Notes: generated by a model not told the origin, from the sequence alone. A stretch of DNA of 64,000 bases from Chiloscyllium plagiosum (GCF_004010195.1 NC_057719.1:55696000-55759999), one strand, 5' to 3'; positions 35,918-49,714 are shown, counted from the first letter of the stretch. Made by a program: numbers and translations.

Positions 35918-36759
35918 GAACAATAACATATTTTCATTTCAGAGTAGAAGGTTTACTTTTCAATCACAACTCCATTTACAATTTCTGTGGAATATATAAT
36001 GTGTGTACCAACAATTGTTTAATTATCCAGAATATTTTGGCATATAACAGAAGGAATTAGTTGGATCGATTTGAAAGATTCCACAACAATTCAGGGGTGA
36101 ATTTGAAGAAAATAAGATGGATAATATACTGAGAAGCAGAGAGGTATTTCATATCCACATTTACTAATCACTTAATACTCTAGGTCAGGAGGAGTTGAGG
36201 CAGCCTCTCAAGAGGCAAGTTGCTTTAGTATCAATTCTCATATGATGATCTGAATTTAGCAGCTGATAAATCTGCTTTGGGCTTCAACGCATAGTACATT
36301 AAAGTTGGACATTTTCCAAGAAGTTCTGCTGAAAGACATGTCGACAGAAATAGCTGATAAGTTTCTGGCAGTCTTTAGCTGAAGGACAGTTATAGAGACA
36401 TGTACTAATGCATCTATCTGCAATGAGGGAAGCAATTGCTGCTGAGGCACAGCAACTTCTAGTTTGTTGTCAAGAGGATGATCACAATGTAATTCTGCTT
36501 TATGTTGAGTTGTGTTGATCTAAAAGCTACAGAATGGAAGTTGAAATTGCTTTCTGAGCCCTAAATGAGAGTTTGAATGTAGATTGGCAAATTGCTTTAG
36601 GATCATGACAATTATCATTAAGGAGAAGAATAAATTGGTTGTTTTTGGCATCAGAATGCCTTCAAGGATGGATTCAGATGTCAAAGTCTTAGTGAGCCTT
36701 TAATTTTGGCATACAAGTCCTCTGTAGCCCAAGGAACTATGTTATACTCTAGAGATACA

Positions 36760-36988
36760 TATTGATCAGATGTCAGAGGTAGGTTCTTTCCTCAGAATAG
36801 TAAGGGTGTGGAATGCACTGCCTGCAACAGTAGTAGATTCACCAACTTTTAAGAAGCATTTAAATGGTCATTGGATAAACACATGATAATGAAAAGTGTA
36901 GGTTAAATGGGCTTTAGATTGATTTCACAGGTTGGTGCAATATCGAAGGCCGAAGAGCCTGTACTGCACTGTATTGTTCTATGTTCTC
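36760..36988 (+). mobile_element. CR1 3' fragment
   Basis: Reverse-complement match to 18711-18950. Confidence 0.8.
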
Positions 36989-37004
36989 AGACATAGTTGT
37001 CAAT

Positions 37005-38058
37005 TGTTATGATCCCAGCTAATGGTAATATTGGACAAGAGAGACTCCAGACTGAAACCTAGCTTGACAGATCACAAGTTTTATTTTTTGCAACTGACTT
37101 ACTGTGGTCATTGAAAAGATGAAGTTATTAATGTATTTTTAACAAAAATAATAAAAAGGGAAAGATACACTACTTGAGAACAAGTTAAAACAAACAGTCT
37201 TATTGCATATATCATAAATAAAGATTCAAGCCACAACCTTACACATATTCAGACATAGAGTCACAGAGTCATACAGATATATAGCATGGAAACAGACCCT
37301 TCAGTCCAACTCGTCCATGCTGACCACATATCCCAATCTAATCTAGTCCTATTTGCCAGCACTGGCCCATATCCCTCTAAACCCTTCCTATTCATATACT
37401 TATCCAGATGCCTTTTAAATGTTGCAATTGTACCAACCTCTACCACTTCCTCTGGCAGCTCATTCAATATATGCACTGCCCTCTGCATGAAACGGTTGCC
37501 CCTTAGATCTCTTTTATATCTTTCCCTTCTCACCCTAAACCTATGTCCTCTAGTTCTGGACTCCCCCACCCCAGGGAAATTACTTTGTCTATTTATCCCA
37601 TCCATGCCCCTCATGATTTTATAAACTTCTATAAGGTCACCCCTCAGCCTCCGACACTCCAGCGAAAACAGCCCCAGCCTATTCAACCTCTCCCTATAGC
37701 TCAAATCCTCCAACCCTGGCAACATGCTTGTAAATCTTTAATGAACCATTTTAAGTTTTACAACATCTTTCCGATAGGAAGGAGACCAGAATTTAATCAG
37801 ATGATGGAAATTAATATACATAATCATAATTACCCCCACAGGGGTGGAATAAATTGAATGATGTGATGTTGTAATGAACATAGGATACTCGCACAGGAAG
37901 TGACCTCCTTGAGTTTACCTCGCAGCATAGACACCTCATATCAACCTCCACCGAATATGGATAAATTCCCAGCAACAGCCATTTATGGGCCACAATTAAG
38001 CACAATCAAGTGGGACACCCACCATGGGAAAACTATCACTAATATATTGGGATATACA
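37005..38058. mobile_element. Probable solo LTR (family of 8033), interrupted by a CR1
   Basis: Start TGTTATGATCCC; candidate end GGGATATACA near 38058, which is uncertain. Confidence 0.45.
37255..37795 (-). mobile_element. CR1 family A 3' fragment
   Basis: ORF 37261..37725 MLPGLEDLSYRERLNRLGLFSLE. Confidence 0.92.
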
Positions 38059-38177
38059 AATGACAATGTTGTTATTCAGAGCAGAATGAGGACAGAATAG
38101 AGCAAAGAGGAATACATTTAAAGAGAAAGAAAGAATTTAAACATCTTTGGAGGAGTGTATTCAGTAACGTTTTTAAA

Positions 38178-39358
38178 TTTATTCAGTTGTGAGAGGTGGG
38201 GATTGCTAGCTGGCCAGCATTGATTGCCCATCCCCAGTTGCCCTTGAGACGTTGGTGGTGGGCTGTCTTCTTGAACTGCTCAATTAAGGAGGGAATTCCA
38301 GGATTTTGACCCACTGACAGTAAAGGACTGGCAATATATTTCCAAGTCAGGATTTGTGTGACTTGCAAGTGGTGGTGTTCCCATGTATCTGCTGCTCTTA
38401 TCCTTTTAGATGGAACTGGTCATGATTTTGAAGGGTGCTGTCTAAGGATCTTTGGTGAATTTCTGCAGTGCATCTTGTAGATAGCACATACTGCTGCTAC
38501 TGAGCGTTGGTGATGGAAGGAGTGGATGCACGTGGATATAGTGCCAATCAAGCGGGTTATTTTGTCCTGGATGATGTCAAGACTCTTGACTGTTGTTGGA
38601 GCTGCACTCATCCAGGCAAGAGGGGAGTATTCCATCACCCTCTGAATTTGTGCCTTGCAGATGGTGTGTAGGCTTTGGGGAGTCAGGGAGTAAGTTCTAC
38701 GCCGTAGTATTCTTAGACTCTGGCCTGCACCTGTAGCCATTGTGTTTATGCGGTGAGTTCAATTGTGTTTCTGATCAATGATACCCCTTAGGATGTTTAT
38801 AGTGGGGGATTCAGTGATGGCAAAACTATTGAAGGTCAAGGGACAGTGGTTAGATTGTCTCGTATTGGTGATGGTCATAGGCTGGCATTTGTGTGGCATG
38901 AATGTCACTTGCCACTTGTCAGCCCATGCCTGGATTTTGTACAGATCTTGTTGTATTTTTACATGGGATGCTTCAGTTTCTGAGGGGCAACACAGTGGCT
39001 CAGTGGTTAGCACTGCTGCCACACAGCACCAGGGATCCAGGTTCGATTCCACCCTCGGGTGACTGTCTCTGTGTGGAGTTTGCACTTTCTTCTCACGTCT
39101 GCATGGATTTCTGCTGAGTGCTGTCATTTCCTGCCACAGTTCAAAGATGTGCACGTTAGGTGGAATGGTCGTGCTATATTACCCATAGTGTTTAAGGATG
39201 TGTAGATTAGCCACAGGAAATGCAAGATTTCAGGGATAGGGTAGCATGATAGGTCTGGGTGGGATGCTCTTTGGAGGATCAGTGTGGACTCATTGGGCCA
39301 AATGGACTATTTCCACACTGTATGGATTCTATGAGTTGTGGACAGTGCCGAACATTGT
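38178..39358 (-). mobile_element. L2/CR1-group LINE (family C) 3' fragment, interrupted by a SINE
   Basis: IQAWADKWQVTF.PHKCQ; MEYSPLAWMSAAPTT...IQDK..RLIG. Confidence 0.85.
38984..39332 (+). mobile_element. V-SINE (HE1-like)
   Basis: TGGCTCAGTGG and GGTTCGATTCC boxes, same core and tail. Confidence 0.9.
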
Positions 39359-41744
39359 TCATTTAACATAAGCTGAGTTTCTGGATTAATAGTCCAGCAA
39401 TAATACCACAAGGCCATCTCCTCCTCTTGTATTGTACAGAGGTAAATAAAGCATAGCACTGCACTGAGGAGAGCAAGAGACTCATCCTTTAGGATGAAGA
39501 TAAACTCAGGTTGCTAGAAATAAAGAGGAGTGGTAACCCGGTAAGATGCAGTATCTCACAGAGCATATTTGTAGACTTCCACAGCCCAGAGATAATTAAG
39601 AAGTAGTATCAAAGAATGCTAGCAGTGGCATTTACATAAAACACCATGGGATATATGTGTTGGGGTGGGAGCATGCAACCGTCATAACACCACTGTGATA
39701 GCATCCAATTTTATATTCCACTTGTTATTCTGCCTCTCAAAATTCAGCTGCCGACCTCATTTCAATAATAGTACTCAACTGTCACTAATGGACCCTTGAG
39801 AGGCACTTTGCCCTTTTACTATATTCAAACTTGAATACCTAATGGACAGTGACACTTGGGTCAGATGGGTCTGGGAAGAAAAAGGAGAAAGAGGATGGGG
39901 TCCAAGTGGTCAAATAATAATGGTGTGGCACTGGGAGGAAATCTCATTTTTCTGCTAGCTCTGAGTGAGGCAGATCAAAGACTTACAGCTGATATAGTCC
40001 CCAGATACCCCTCAGATTGACCAGAAAGTCCCGAGCAGAGTAGTCCCAGTTACTGTACTCATCATTGGCCTTGTTGTTTCAGTCATTCAGCAGCAATGCC
40101 TGGAAAACCCACCTTTAACATGTAGGCAGTGCTCATTATTCTGAGCCTGAAGTAAGTGCTGCTTGTTTCTTTATTTCCACATGGGGAAAAAATTGAAAGC
40201 AGGTCCAATTTCTCATTTTACAGTTAGAGATTAGAAAATATATAAGATGAACATGTAATTGGAGCAAAGGACCTTCTAGAGATGAAAACTGCTTCATAAT
40301 CCATACCTCTTTAAATATTCTTGGCAATTTTAAACCAGTTCTTATACTGTTTTGAAATGGTAAAGAAATTGTTTCAAGTTAAAATATTTTCATAAGCACT
40401 TGACACTCAACCATGAATTATTTTCAATGGTCGCTCCCAATAGTAAATGCCCTCAGCATTTTTTTCACTTCGACTTTAAAACAAGGTTGTCGGCTGAACC
40501 TATTCTCTTATTGTTCTCTCTGCAATAAGTCATACAATTGTTGATTTATTGCGACTGATGCTTAACTAATTTGTGTCACATAATTCATCCATTCTCGTTT
40601 GAGTTGTAGGCAATCTCAGCATCTAAAAATACAAAGAAATTCTTCCATAACTCAGCAGCAATCTAGAAATAATCTAAAGCAATTTTGGATTCAATGGGAA
40701 AGGAGAGGATAAAATTACAGAATCCACATTCAAATACGTGTTTATTAATTAAATATTGCAAACTGTCTCAACCAGTATCAACTGTATCTGTGAGGATGCT
40801 TTAAAAGCAAATCTGTGATTGGTCTCTTGCTGAAATAAAATTGTTCTGCTGTGCTATGATAACCAATCTTGCCCTTTCTGTAGCTTATCAAGAGTCCAGC
40901 AAGTACAGCACAGGCAAACGAAGTTTGGGCTCATTGTGATTTCTGGCACCTCATAAGAATGAAGCTCAGTTCAGCAGTAGTTTACCACTTCCGCAAGTTG
41001 CTGACACACCAGCTTTGAAAATGATACATTAGAAGAATCAAACCATCCAAAGAAGCTAGATTGTCACTCTTCAGTTTTTGGAGACCAATCACACAGAACG
41101 TTGATGCGAAATCTATTGGCATGAGTTTAAAATAAAACTCACCACTTTGCATTGTCATATCTCACTGGCAGCTTGTTTTCCCCATTAGCCAAAATAGTTC
41201 CTGTAAAAAACAAATCAGATATGAAATCTCCAATCGGATGTGCCTCTAATCTGAATGTAAAGAAGAAATATTGTTGAAAAAGGAACATTAACAATAGCTG
41301 AGATTTATAATGAGGCATTTCTGAGGAAAATGTCCCAGAGAGGAAACAGCTGCAAACTATTACAAAGAAAGATCAAGCAGCAAGCAAGAGCAAAAAGGTA
41401 GCAAGGGGGAGGAAGTTACAAAATGATGTTTTTGAGAGCATCAAAATGATTTTTTGTCAGCGATGGTGCATACGCAACAGGCCAGAATCAGAGCTTGCAA
41501 TGGGCTGGGAAGTTTACCAATAAAAGGGTTAAAATTAAAGCATATTAAACTTGTTTAGGACCATCCTTACCAAATATTCAACTTCATAATTCATTATGGA
41601 AAATAAAGTTGAGTTGAGCATTTAGGTTGCAGATTCCCACTATTCTGAAGAAGAGTTACACGGAGACATGAAACTTTAACGTAGTTTCTCACACCACACT
41701 GATGCTGCCAGACCTGTGGAGACATTTCTCAAAGTCTTATTTTT

Positions 41745-42035
41745 ATCCTATACTCATCGGGACAATTCACAAGAATGTCAATTCAGGGCAAAAAAAAGTC
41801 AACATTTATACAACATAAGAAGAGAATGCTGATTGTTTGGCGAATAGATTCCGACTGGTTGAGGCATGGTCATGAGAAAGCATCATTAATTGGGACATTC
41901 CCTGTGACAATGCCTCGACAAATTAGAGTCCACTTGCCAAACAATTAGCATCCATCCTCTTATGCAGTGTAAGTACTGCTTTTCCTGCAAAGTGTACTGA
42001 TGAATGCAAGACAAAAGGCATTTACCAGCAATATT
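41745..42035. mobile_element. Old hairpin mini-element, probably PLE-derived
   Basis: Inverted arms at about 41806-41878 and 41898-41972; CTGATGA at 41996 and a decayed inverted copy (ACTCATCGGGAC) at 41752. Confidence 0.55.
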
Positions 42036-42094
42036 TATACAATGAAAAATGGCCTTTGGAAAAAGCAGAGAGAATGATGGAAAAGAGCAGATCA

Positions 42095-42285
42095 GGGAGC
42101 ATTGGTGATGGAGGGAGTGGATGCTCATGGATATAGTGCCAATCAAGCGGGCTGTTTTGTCCTGGATGATGTCAAGACTCTTGACTGTTGTTGGAGCTGC
42201 ACTTATCCAGGCAAGTGGGGAATATTCCACCACACTCCAAATTTGTGCATTGCAGATGGTGTGTCGGCTTTGGGGAGTCAAGAGA
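42095..42285 (-). mobile_element. Family C LINE fragment
   Basis: Highly similar to 38500-38690 (EYSPLAWISAAPTT). Confidence 0.85.
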
Positions 42286-43709
42286 TGTCCAGAAGGTTGT
42301 AGAGGGGGAACCTTCTGATGCATGAGATCGGCTGGATGGCTATGAAGATGTCCAGAACTGGTGTGTCTCAATGAGGTCATCCAGGAAGACACTGAGAGGG
42401 ACATAATCTGGTCTAGCAGAGATTCAGCAAATTTGGGAATAAGTACATTGCTGTGAATGTCGCAAATATACACTGACACAGGAAGGATAACAACGCAAAA
42501 GGATTTAATAGTATTAGCAATGGGCACCTGGTGCCATCTGAAGACTTCCCACCAAATCTGTCAGATACGTCTACGACTTCTCTAATTGACAGACACTGAA
42601 TGCCCAGTTGAGAGACCTGGCATCAGGAAGAGTGAGGTGCCATTGAAAAGCCCCCTCCCCATTCTGCATTTATCCATGGGTCCCCTCCCCAAGTTGCCAT
42701 ATTACTCCATTTACCTGCAGGGATCCAGTGACAAACCATTGTGAGGATCTGACAACAACCAGCAGTGCTGGCAAAACCACTGACCACTCTCAGGGGTGTG
42801 ACTAGGATCTTGATCAGATGGGAAGCCTGAAGCTGTCTGGGTAAGTGTCTAACTGCACTTTTGCACTTTCAACTGCATCTCCAACACTGCCGGCAGAGGC
42901 AGAGCTCAGTGGTGAGTCCAGCCAGCAGCACAGAAAGAGACCTGATGATGACAATGGCTGTCACTGTTCAGGATTTAAGGCAGGGAAGAATTGGAAAGCC
43001 AGAGAAGGGGAGAAAGGACTAGGATGTCAGGGTCTGATGGCCAAGTAGCACAGAAGGAAGATTGAGATGGTATCTTGGGTGGTGCCCCTGATGCACCCAA
43101 GGCATGGCCTGAATGGAGGTGTCCCCTTTCACTCTGCCTTTCTCAAGTAGCTATTGAGAAATGGGCTCTCCTCTCTATCTGATTGTCCACACTGTGTCTT
43201 GGCATGGGTCGCATAGTTATTCTATTCTCCATTTATACACGATAGGTGGCTGCCATTTACAGTGTTTGCCCATCGCGTGTATGATGGGGTCAAGCTCAGC
43301 ATGGAGGGAGAAGGTGATGGGCTGGCCAATTTGATATGCCTCTGCATCAGAAACAATTGGTCAGGACAGTAAGAGCTGGCCCAATATCTTCAAACACCAA
43401 TTTTAGATGATTTTCCGAAAGGCAAGTCTTATCAGGCCTGCTCCAGCATTGACACACCTCCATAATTCTCAATTTGGGCCATGTTTCACAGGAGGTTGAA
43501 GATGGAAGAGAGAGTGCAACACAAGACCAGCCCCAGCTCCCAATTCTCACCTCTGGTGGGAAAAATCTGGTTACACAAATGAATTAATTCTCACAACCAT
43601 GCCATGTTATTAAAGTCCAGGAATCCTAGCCTATTTCTTGGGAACTCCAGAAATAACTTCCATACCATAACCAGTGTTGCCTGTTCCTAAGATTGTCCTT
43701 TGCCCTCAC

Positions 43710-44262
43710 ACTGTTGGAATATTGTGTGCAATTCTGATCTCCTTCCTATCGGAAAGATCTTGTGAAACTTGAAAGGGTTCAGAAAAGATTTACAAGGATG
43801 TTGCCAGGGTTGGAGGATTTGAGCTATAGGGAGAGGCTGAACAGGCTGGGGCTGTTTTCACTGGAGCGCCGGAGGCTGAGGGGTGACCTTATAGAGGTTT
43901 ACAAAATTATGACAGGGACGGATAGGATAAATAGACAAAGTCTTTTTCCTGGGGTGTTGGAGTCCTTAACTAGAGGGCATAGGTTTAGGGTGGCAGGGGA
44001 AAGATATAAAAGAGACCTAAGGGGCAACTTTTTCACGCAGAGGGTAGTACGTGTGTGGAATGAGTTGCCAGAGGAAGTGGTGGAGGCTAGTACAATTGCA
44101 ACATTTAAAAGGCATTTGGATGGGTATATGAATAGGAAGGGTTTAGAAGAATATGGGTCGGGTGCTGACAGGTGGGACTAGATTGGGTTGGGATATCTGG
44201 TCGGCATGGACGGGTTGGACCGAAGGATCTGTTTCTGTGCTGGACGTCTCTATGACTCTATA
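43710..44262 (+). mobile_element. CR1 family A 3' fragment
   Basis: ORF 43762..44181; TCTATGACTCTAT tail. Confidence 0.93.
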
Positions 44263-45528
44263 AGTCTAGCAGAATGCTGGATTTCTACTTTCAAATAAAT
44301 ATGTGTTAGAAAGCCTGTAGTGTATTCTTAACTTGAAAAATCAGGAGAAAAGGAATTACAAAGGCTGCTCATTTACATTTCACAATAATAGACAGAACTA
44401 TGGATTTCATTCCTGAAGCATCAGTATTGGTCCTGAATACTTGATTATTTAATCTTGTAAGTCAGTTGCCCTAATGCTACCTACTGCATGGCATAAACAC
44501 CCCTATTGTCATAAAACAAATATATCTTTTAACTCACCATAAGTACTGCCAAAGATCTATCCATCATAGTAATAAAGCTGACAGTTCCAATTGCCCATTT
44601 ATTTATGACAAATAAAAATTCACCTTTTCTCTGTGTTATTCCTTAAAATTGAAAACCATTTAGCCAACTAAAGTAAGCCATAGTGAGCCAGTAACAGATG
44701 GAAATAAAATGAGCCTGTCAGCTAATGTTTGACATAGAAACACAAGAAAACATTGACCAAGTTTATTTTTCTTGTTCCAACTTGTTGAATAAAATGCAAT
44801 AAATGGAGAGAAATTTGAACATTTATTAATCATCAAACAGTTTCCATGACATCCCAATGAAAAGATGTGAAGTGCTTCTGTACATTTGACTTCAATCTTC
44901 AAAATGATTAATATAACATTATTAGTTCAATATAGCAAATAAATTGATTAAATAGACTATGAACAACTGATTGATATAACAATCAAATAATTGAATATTT
45001 ATAGTGTCACAACCTTTCATAATTTAGATAATGAATGAAAAATATCATAAGTACATTTACTCTTTTACAAAAATACACATCAAAAATATTTAATTGGCTG
45101 TAAAGTGCTTTAGAATGTCCCATTGCCACAAAAGAACATTTTCATGCACGTCTTATTTTTCATTGATACTTTATAGTTAATTATAAACATGCCCTATTTC
45201 TTTCTTGCGCCCTCACCTGACATTGTTAACTGGTATAAATTATAATTGCTAAGGTACTGCCAAATAGATTAACTACTCTTTCTGATAACTCACTTCAACA
45301 TAACTGAAATCATCATGAATTGAAACTTTGCAGAAAACAAATCAAATAAGCTTTGAAATTGAACTGCAGTTGTTTTGTTCAAATTGTCTAGGTGGATTGA
45401 ATGGTGTTAACTTAACAGTCAGCAACTTGTTTTGTGCTTCAGTATTTCCTTGTGCTCCTAGTGCTGACTCTACACTGATGTGCAGTAACATCTTTCATTT
45501 ATCAGCAGTGCAATACAAGTTTTATCAT

Positions 45529-45693
45529 TAGAGTGGTGCTGGAAAAGCACAGCAGGTCAGGAATCTGATGAAGGGCTTTTGCCTGAAACATCAATTTTCC
45601 TGCTCCTTGGATGCTGCCTGACCTGCTGTGCTTTTCCAGTACCACTTTAATCTAGACTCTGGTTTCCAGCATCTGCAGTCCTTGTTTTAACCC
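45529..45693. mobile_element. PLE-derived hairpin mini-element
   Basis: Arms 45528-45561 and 45617-45650; CTGATGA-A-GGGC(TTTT)GCCT-GAAACATC at 45565-45592. Confidence 0.82.
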
Positions 45694-47041
45694 TGTGTTT
45701 TACCTTTTTAACAAGTTTCTTCATGTCTGGTTGGCCCATTAAAAGAAAATCCCAACCATGAGGCACCCTTCATTTCCATATTCAATGACTAAATGTGTCT
45801 TTTGTGAAAGACGTTGCTGATTTTTCATTAATTTTATGTTATTCTTTTATCAATTTTGACTTGAAGCTGTGAACTGGAAACAGTGGGCTAAAGATGACTT
45901 TTGGACTCTAGGTAACATATTGTGCTAAAAGGAAACTAGACCAAGCAAACTTTAATCATGAGGCCAGGCCTGGAAGTTAATTACAGGTTGGTTCCTGAGC
46001 AAGGTAATGCAAATGCCTCATCACCAGAAGGAGAATAATATTAAAACAGTCAGCTGAAGTTAGGCATGAATGAGATCCGTACCTGGAAATTAGTTCCAGC
46101 AAGTCTGAAAGGAAGGCATGCTCAAGCAGATGTTGAATGAAGACTGGGACCTTGTAAAAGAGATGGTCAGTCTGTCAGGGAGTGGTCAGAGTTTAAATTG
46201 TGTTTTGGACTGTGTTTTCTTTGAGAAATAGAGTCTGGCTGTTGATGCTATAGCATGAAGGTTTGAAAGCTCCTGCATTGCATCCCTTATCAGCTCTTGA
46301 ATGTTTAGAGAATATAGAACTAAATATTATTGGTGTTATATTGAATGAACCGTAAAAGGTAAACCTGATCAATATCTTCAGAAAATCAAACGAGAAGCAA
46401 TCATATGCCATGGAACTATCACAATGTGAAAATCATTTAGTTAATCTGGATAGATTTGTTATTTTTATTTATCTCTTAAGTGTGTGTTCATCTGTCTGTC
46501 GTATAAATGGAGATGAAAACAAATGGCCTTTTTTTTGGTTTTATAGCATAGTCCACTTAGATTATTTTGTTGTTTAGTGTTACTCTGCTAAAACTAATAT
46601 ATCATTAATGAATTTCTACATGTTTTATTTCAGAAACAGACCAATGAACAGAATAAATTATTCACAGAGTCTGGGATGGATTCTACAGTCATCCCTGCCT
46701 CAGCTGAGGGCCACACTCTCTCAGAATTGCAAAGGACCCACTCTGTACGACATCCTCAGGAGAATCCATACTCTCAACAAACAGTATTTCAATTCCATCT
46801 CAAACATCAAAAACTGTAAGTATAACAAACTTTTATCTACCCACCTCCATAACCAGTGCTCCTCAAACATTCCAGAAGATTCCCCTGGCCTCAGAATCTA
46901 CTCAGACGCCATTAGCCATGCGGTTGATGCAGCTGCCACCCCCACGCTGATTGATGATGTCACTTCCACCCCCATCATGGCCACTCCCACAACCACTTCC
47001 ACCCCTCACAATTCCTCATGCATCACACGTGACATCACTTC

Positions 47042-47719
47042 NNNNNNNNNNNNNNNNNNNNNNNNNNNNNNNNNNNNNNNNNNNNNNNNNNNNNNNNNNN
47101 NNNNNNNNNNNNNNNNNNNNNNNNNNNNNNNNNNNNNNNNNNNNNNNNNNNNNNNNNNNNNNNNNNNNNNNNNNNNNNNNNNNNNNNNNNNNNNNNNNNN
47201 NNNNNNNNNNNNNNNNNNNNNNNNNNNNNNNNNNNNNNNNNNNNNNNNNNNNNNNNNNNNNNNNNNNNNNNNNNNNNNNNNNNNNNNNNNNNNNNNNNNN
47301 NNNNNNNNNNNNNNNNNNNNNNNNNNNNNNNNNNNNNNNNNNNNNNNNNNNNNNNNNNNNNNNNNNNNNNNNNNNNNNNNNNNNNNNNNNNNNNNNNNNN
47401 NNNNNNNNNNNNNNNNNNNNNNNNNNNNNNNNNNNNNNNNNNNNNNNNNNNNNNNNNNNNNNNNNNNNNNNNNNNNNNNNNNNNNNNNNNNNNNNNNNNN
47501 NNNNNNNNNNNNNNNNNNNNNNNNNNNNNNNNNNNNNNNNNNNNNNNNNNNNNNNNNNNNNNNNNNNNNNNNNNNNNNNNNNNNNNNNNNNNNNNNNNNN
47601 NNNNNNNNNNNNNNNNNNNNNNNNNNNNNNNNNNNNNNNNNNNNNNNNNNNNNNNNNNNNNNNNNNNNNNNNNNNNNNNNNNNNNNNNNNNNNNNNNNNN
47701 NNNNNNNNNNNNNNNNNNN
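47042..47719. other. Assembly gap
   Basis: Run of N. Confidence 0.99.
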
Positions 47720-47938
47720 TTCATAGTCCGGGAACCCCGCACTGCCCGGTTCTACCTCCTTCCCAAGATCCACAAGCCTGACCACCCTGGCCGACCCACT
47801 GTCTCATCTCTACCTACCCTCGACACTGTCCTATCCCCCCTAGTCCAGGAACTCCCCACATACATTCGAGACACCACCCATGCTCTCCACCTCCTCCAAG
47901 ACTTCCGTTTCCCCGGCCCCTAACGCCTCATCTTCACC

Positions 47939-48792
47939 ATGGATATCCAATCCATCCACACCTCCATCCACCATGACCAGGGCCTCCAAGCCCTCCGTTT
48001 TGTCTTCTCCAGACGTCCCCAACAGTACCCTTCCACCGACACTCTCATTCGTTTGGCCAAATTGGTCCTCACGCTTAACAATTTCTCCTTCGAATCCTCC
48101 CACTTCCTCCAGACCAAAGGGGTAGCCATGGGCACATATATAGGCCCCAGCTATGCCTTTCTCTTTGTTGGCTACGTAGAACAGTTGATCTTTCGTAATT
48201 ACACCGGCACCACTCCCCACCTCTTCCTCCGCTACATTGATGACTGCATTGGCGCCACCTCGTGCTCCCGCGAGGAGGTTGAGCAATTCACCAACTTCAC
48301 CAACACATTCCACCCTGACCTTAAATTTACCTGGACCATCTCCATCTCCATTAATGACGACCGACTTGACACTGACATATTTTACAAACCCACCGACTCC
48401 CACAGCTACCTGGATTACACCTCTTCCCACCCTACCTCTTGCAAAAATGCCATCCCGTATCCCCAATTCCTCCGCCTCCGCCGTATCTGCACCCAGGAGG
48501 AGCGGTTCCACCATAGAACACACCAGATGGCCTCCTTCTTCAGAGACCGCAATTTCCCTTCCCACGTGGTTAAAGATGCCCTCCAACGCATCACGTTCAC
48601 ATCCCGCACCTCCGCCCTCAGACCCAACCCCTCCAACCGCAACAAGGACAGAACGCCCCTGGTGCCCACCTTCCACCCTACCAACCTTCGCATAAACCAA
48701 ATCATCCGCCGACATTTCCGCCACCTCCAAACAGACACCACCACCAGGGATATATTTCCCTCCCCACCCCTCTCCGCCTCCCGCAAAGACCG
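47939..48792 (+). pseudogene. PLE reverse transcriptase core
   Basis: Open from 47939 to the gap, but with an upstream stop and an apparently missing FLD motif after TWTIS. Confidence 0.85.
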
Positions 48793-49094
48793 NNNNNNNN
48801 NNNNNNNNNNNNNNNNNNNNNNNNNNNNNNNNNNNNNNNNNNNNNNNNNNNNNNNNNNNNNNNNNNNNNNNNNNNNNNNNNNNNNNNNNNNNNNNNNNNN
48901 NNNNNNNNNNNNNNNNNNNNNNNNNNNNNNNNNNNNNNNNNNNNNNNNNNNNNNNNNNNNNNNNNNNNNNNNNNNNNNNNNNNNNNNNNNNNNNNNNNNN
49001 NNNNNNNNNNNNNNNNNNNNNNNNNNNNNNNNNNNNNNNNNNNNNNNNNNNNNNNNNNNNNNNNNNNNNNNNNNNNNNNNNNNNNNNNNNNNNN
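48793..49094. other. Assembly gap at the expected GIY-YIG position
   Basis: Run of N. Confidence 0.99.
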
Positions 49095-49290
49095 GTTCAG
49101 CACTGTCCCCATGACTTGTCCGGACTTGTCCTACCTGCCTATCTCCTTTTCCACCTATCCACTCCACCCTCTCCTCCCTGACCTATCACCTTCATCCCCT
49201 CCCCCACTCACCTATTGTATTCAATGCTACTTTCTCCCCATCCCCACCCTCCTCTAGCTTATCTCTCCACACTTCAGGCTCACTGCCTTT

Positions 49291-49326
49291 ATTCCTGATG
49301 AGGGGCTTTTGCCCGAAACGTCGATT
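49291..49326 (+). ncRNA. Minimal hammerhead ribozyme motif (intact core)
   Basis: AUUC-CUGAUGA-G-GGGC(UUUU)GCCC-GAA-ACGU-C-GAUU. Confidence 0.7.
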
Positions 49327-49429
49327 TCGCTGCTCCTTGAATGCTGCCTGAACTGCTGTGCTCTTCCAGCACCATTAATCCAGAATCTGGTTTCCAGCAT
49401 CTGCAGTCATTGTTTTTACCCTGTTCAAA

Positions 49430-49640
49430 ACAAAAACTGAACAACTGCAGATGCTGGAAATCTGAAACAAAAACAGAAACAGCTGAGGAAACTCAGCAGT
49501 GCCTGTGGAGAGAAAACAGTTAACATTTTGGGTGCATTGACTCTTCTTCAGAACAGTATTTTTCTGAAGGATCACGGGAACTGAAATGTTGACAGATACT
49601 GCCAGACCTGCTGAGTTACTCCGGTTATTTTTGTTTTTAT
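49430..49640. mobile_element. Degenerate PLE-derived hairpin mini-element
   Basis: AAAAACAGAAA...ACTCAGCAG pairs with CTGCTGAGT...TTTTGTTTTT; TCTTCAG and CTGAAG remnants at the centre. Confidence 0.6.
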
Positions 49641-49714
49641 TGGCTGTTCATAAGTCTGCTGTGGAAGCAGTGTGATCAGCTTGGAGAGTCTTTATAAGGT
49701 TTAGTTTTATTGTC

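Larger units (their letters stand above)
46683..49421 (+). mobile_element. Penelope-like element (Neptune-type), 5' truncated, with two gaps
   Basis: RT motifs MDIQS..TSI, QTKGVAMGT..GPSYA, RYIDD, YKPTDSHSYL...SSHP; pLTR with hammerhead at the 3' end. Confidence 0.92.

Noticed and set aside
41641..41740. Functional hammerhead at CTGAAGAAGAG...GAAACTTT
   Set aside because: Stem II and the palindrome are destroyed; at most a decayed PLE end.
47939..48792. Host telomerase or domesticated RT gene
   Set aside because: Motifs, pLTR and a second copy at 58270-58507 identify it as a PLE.
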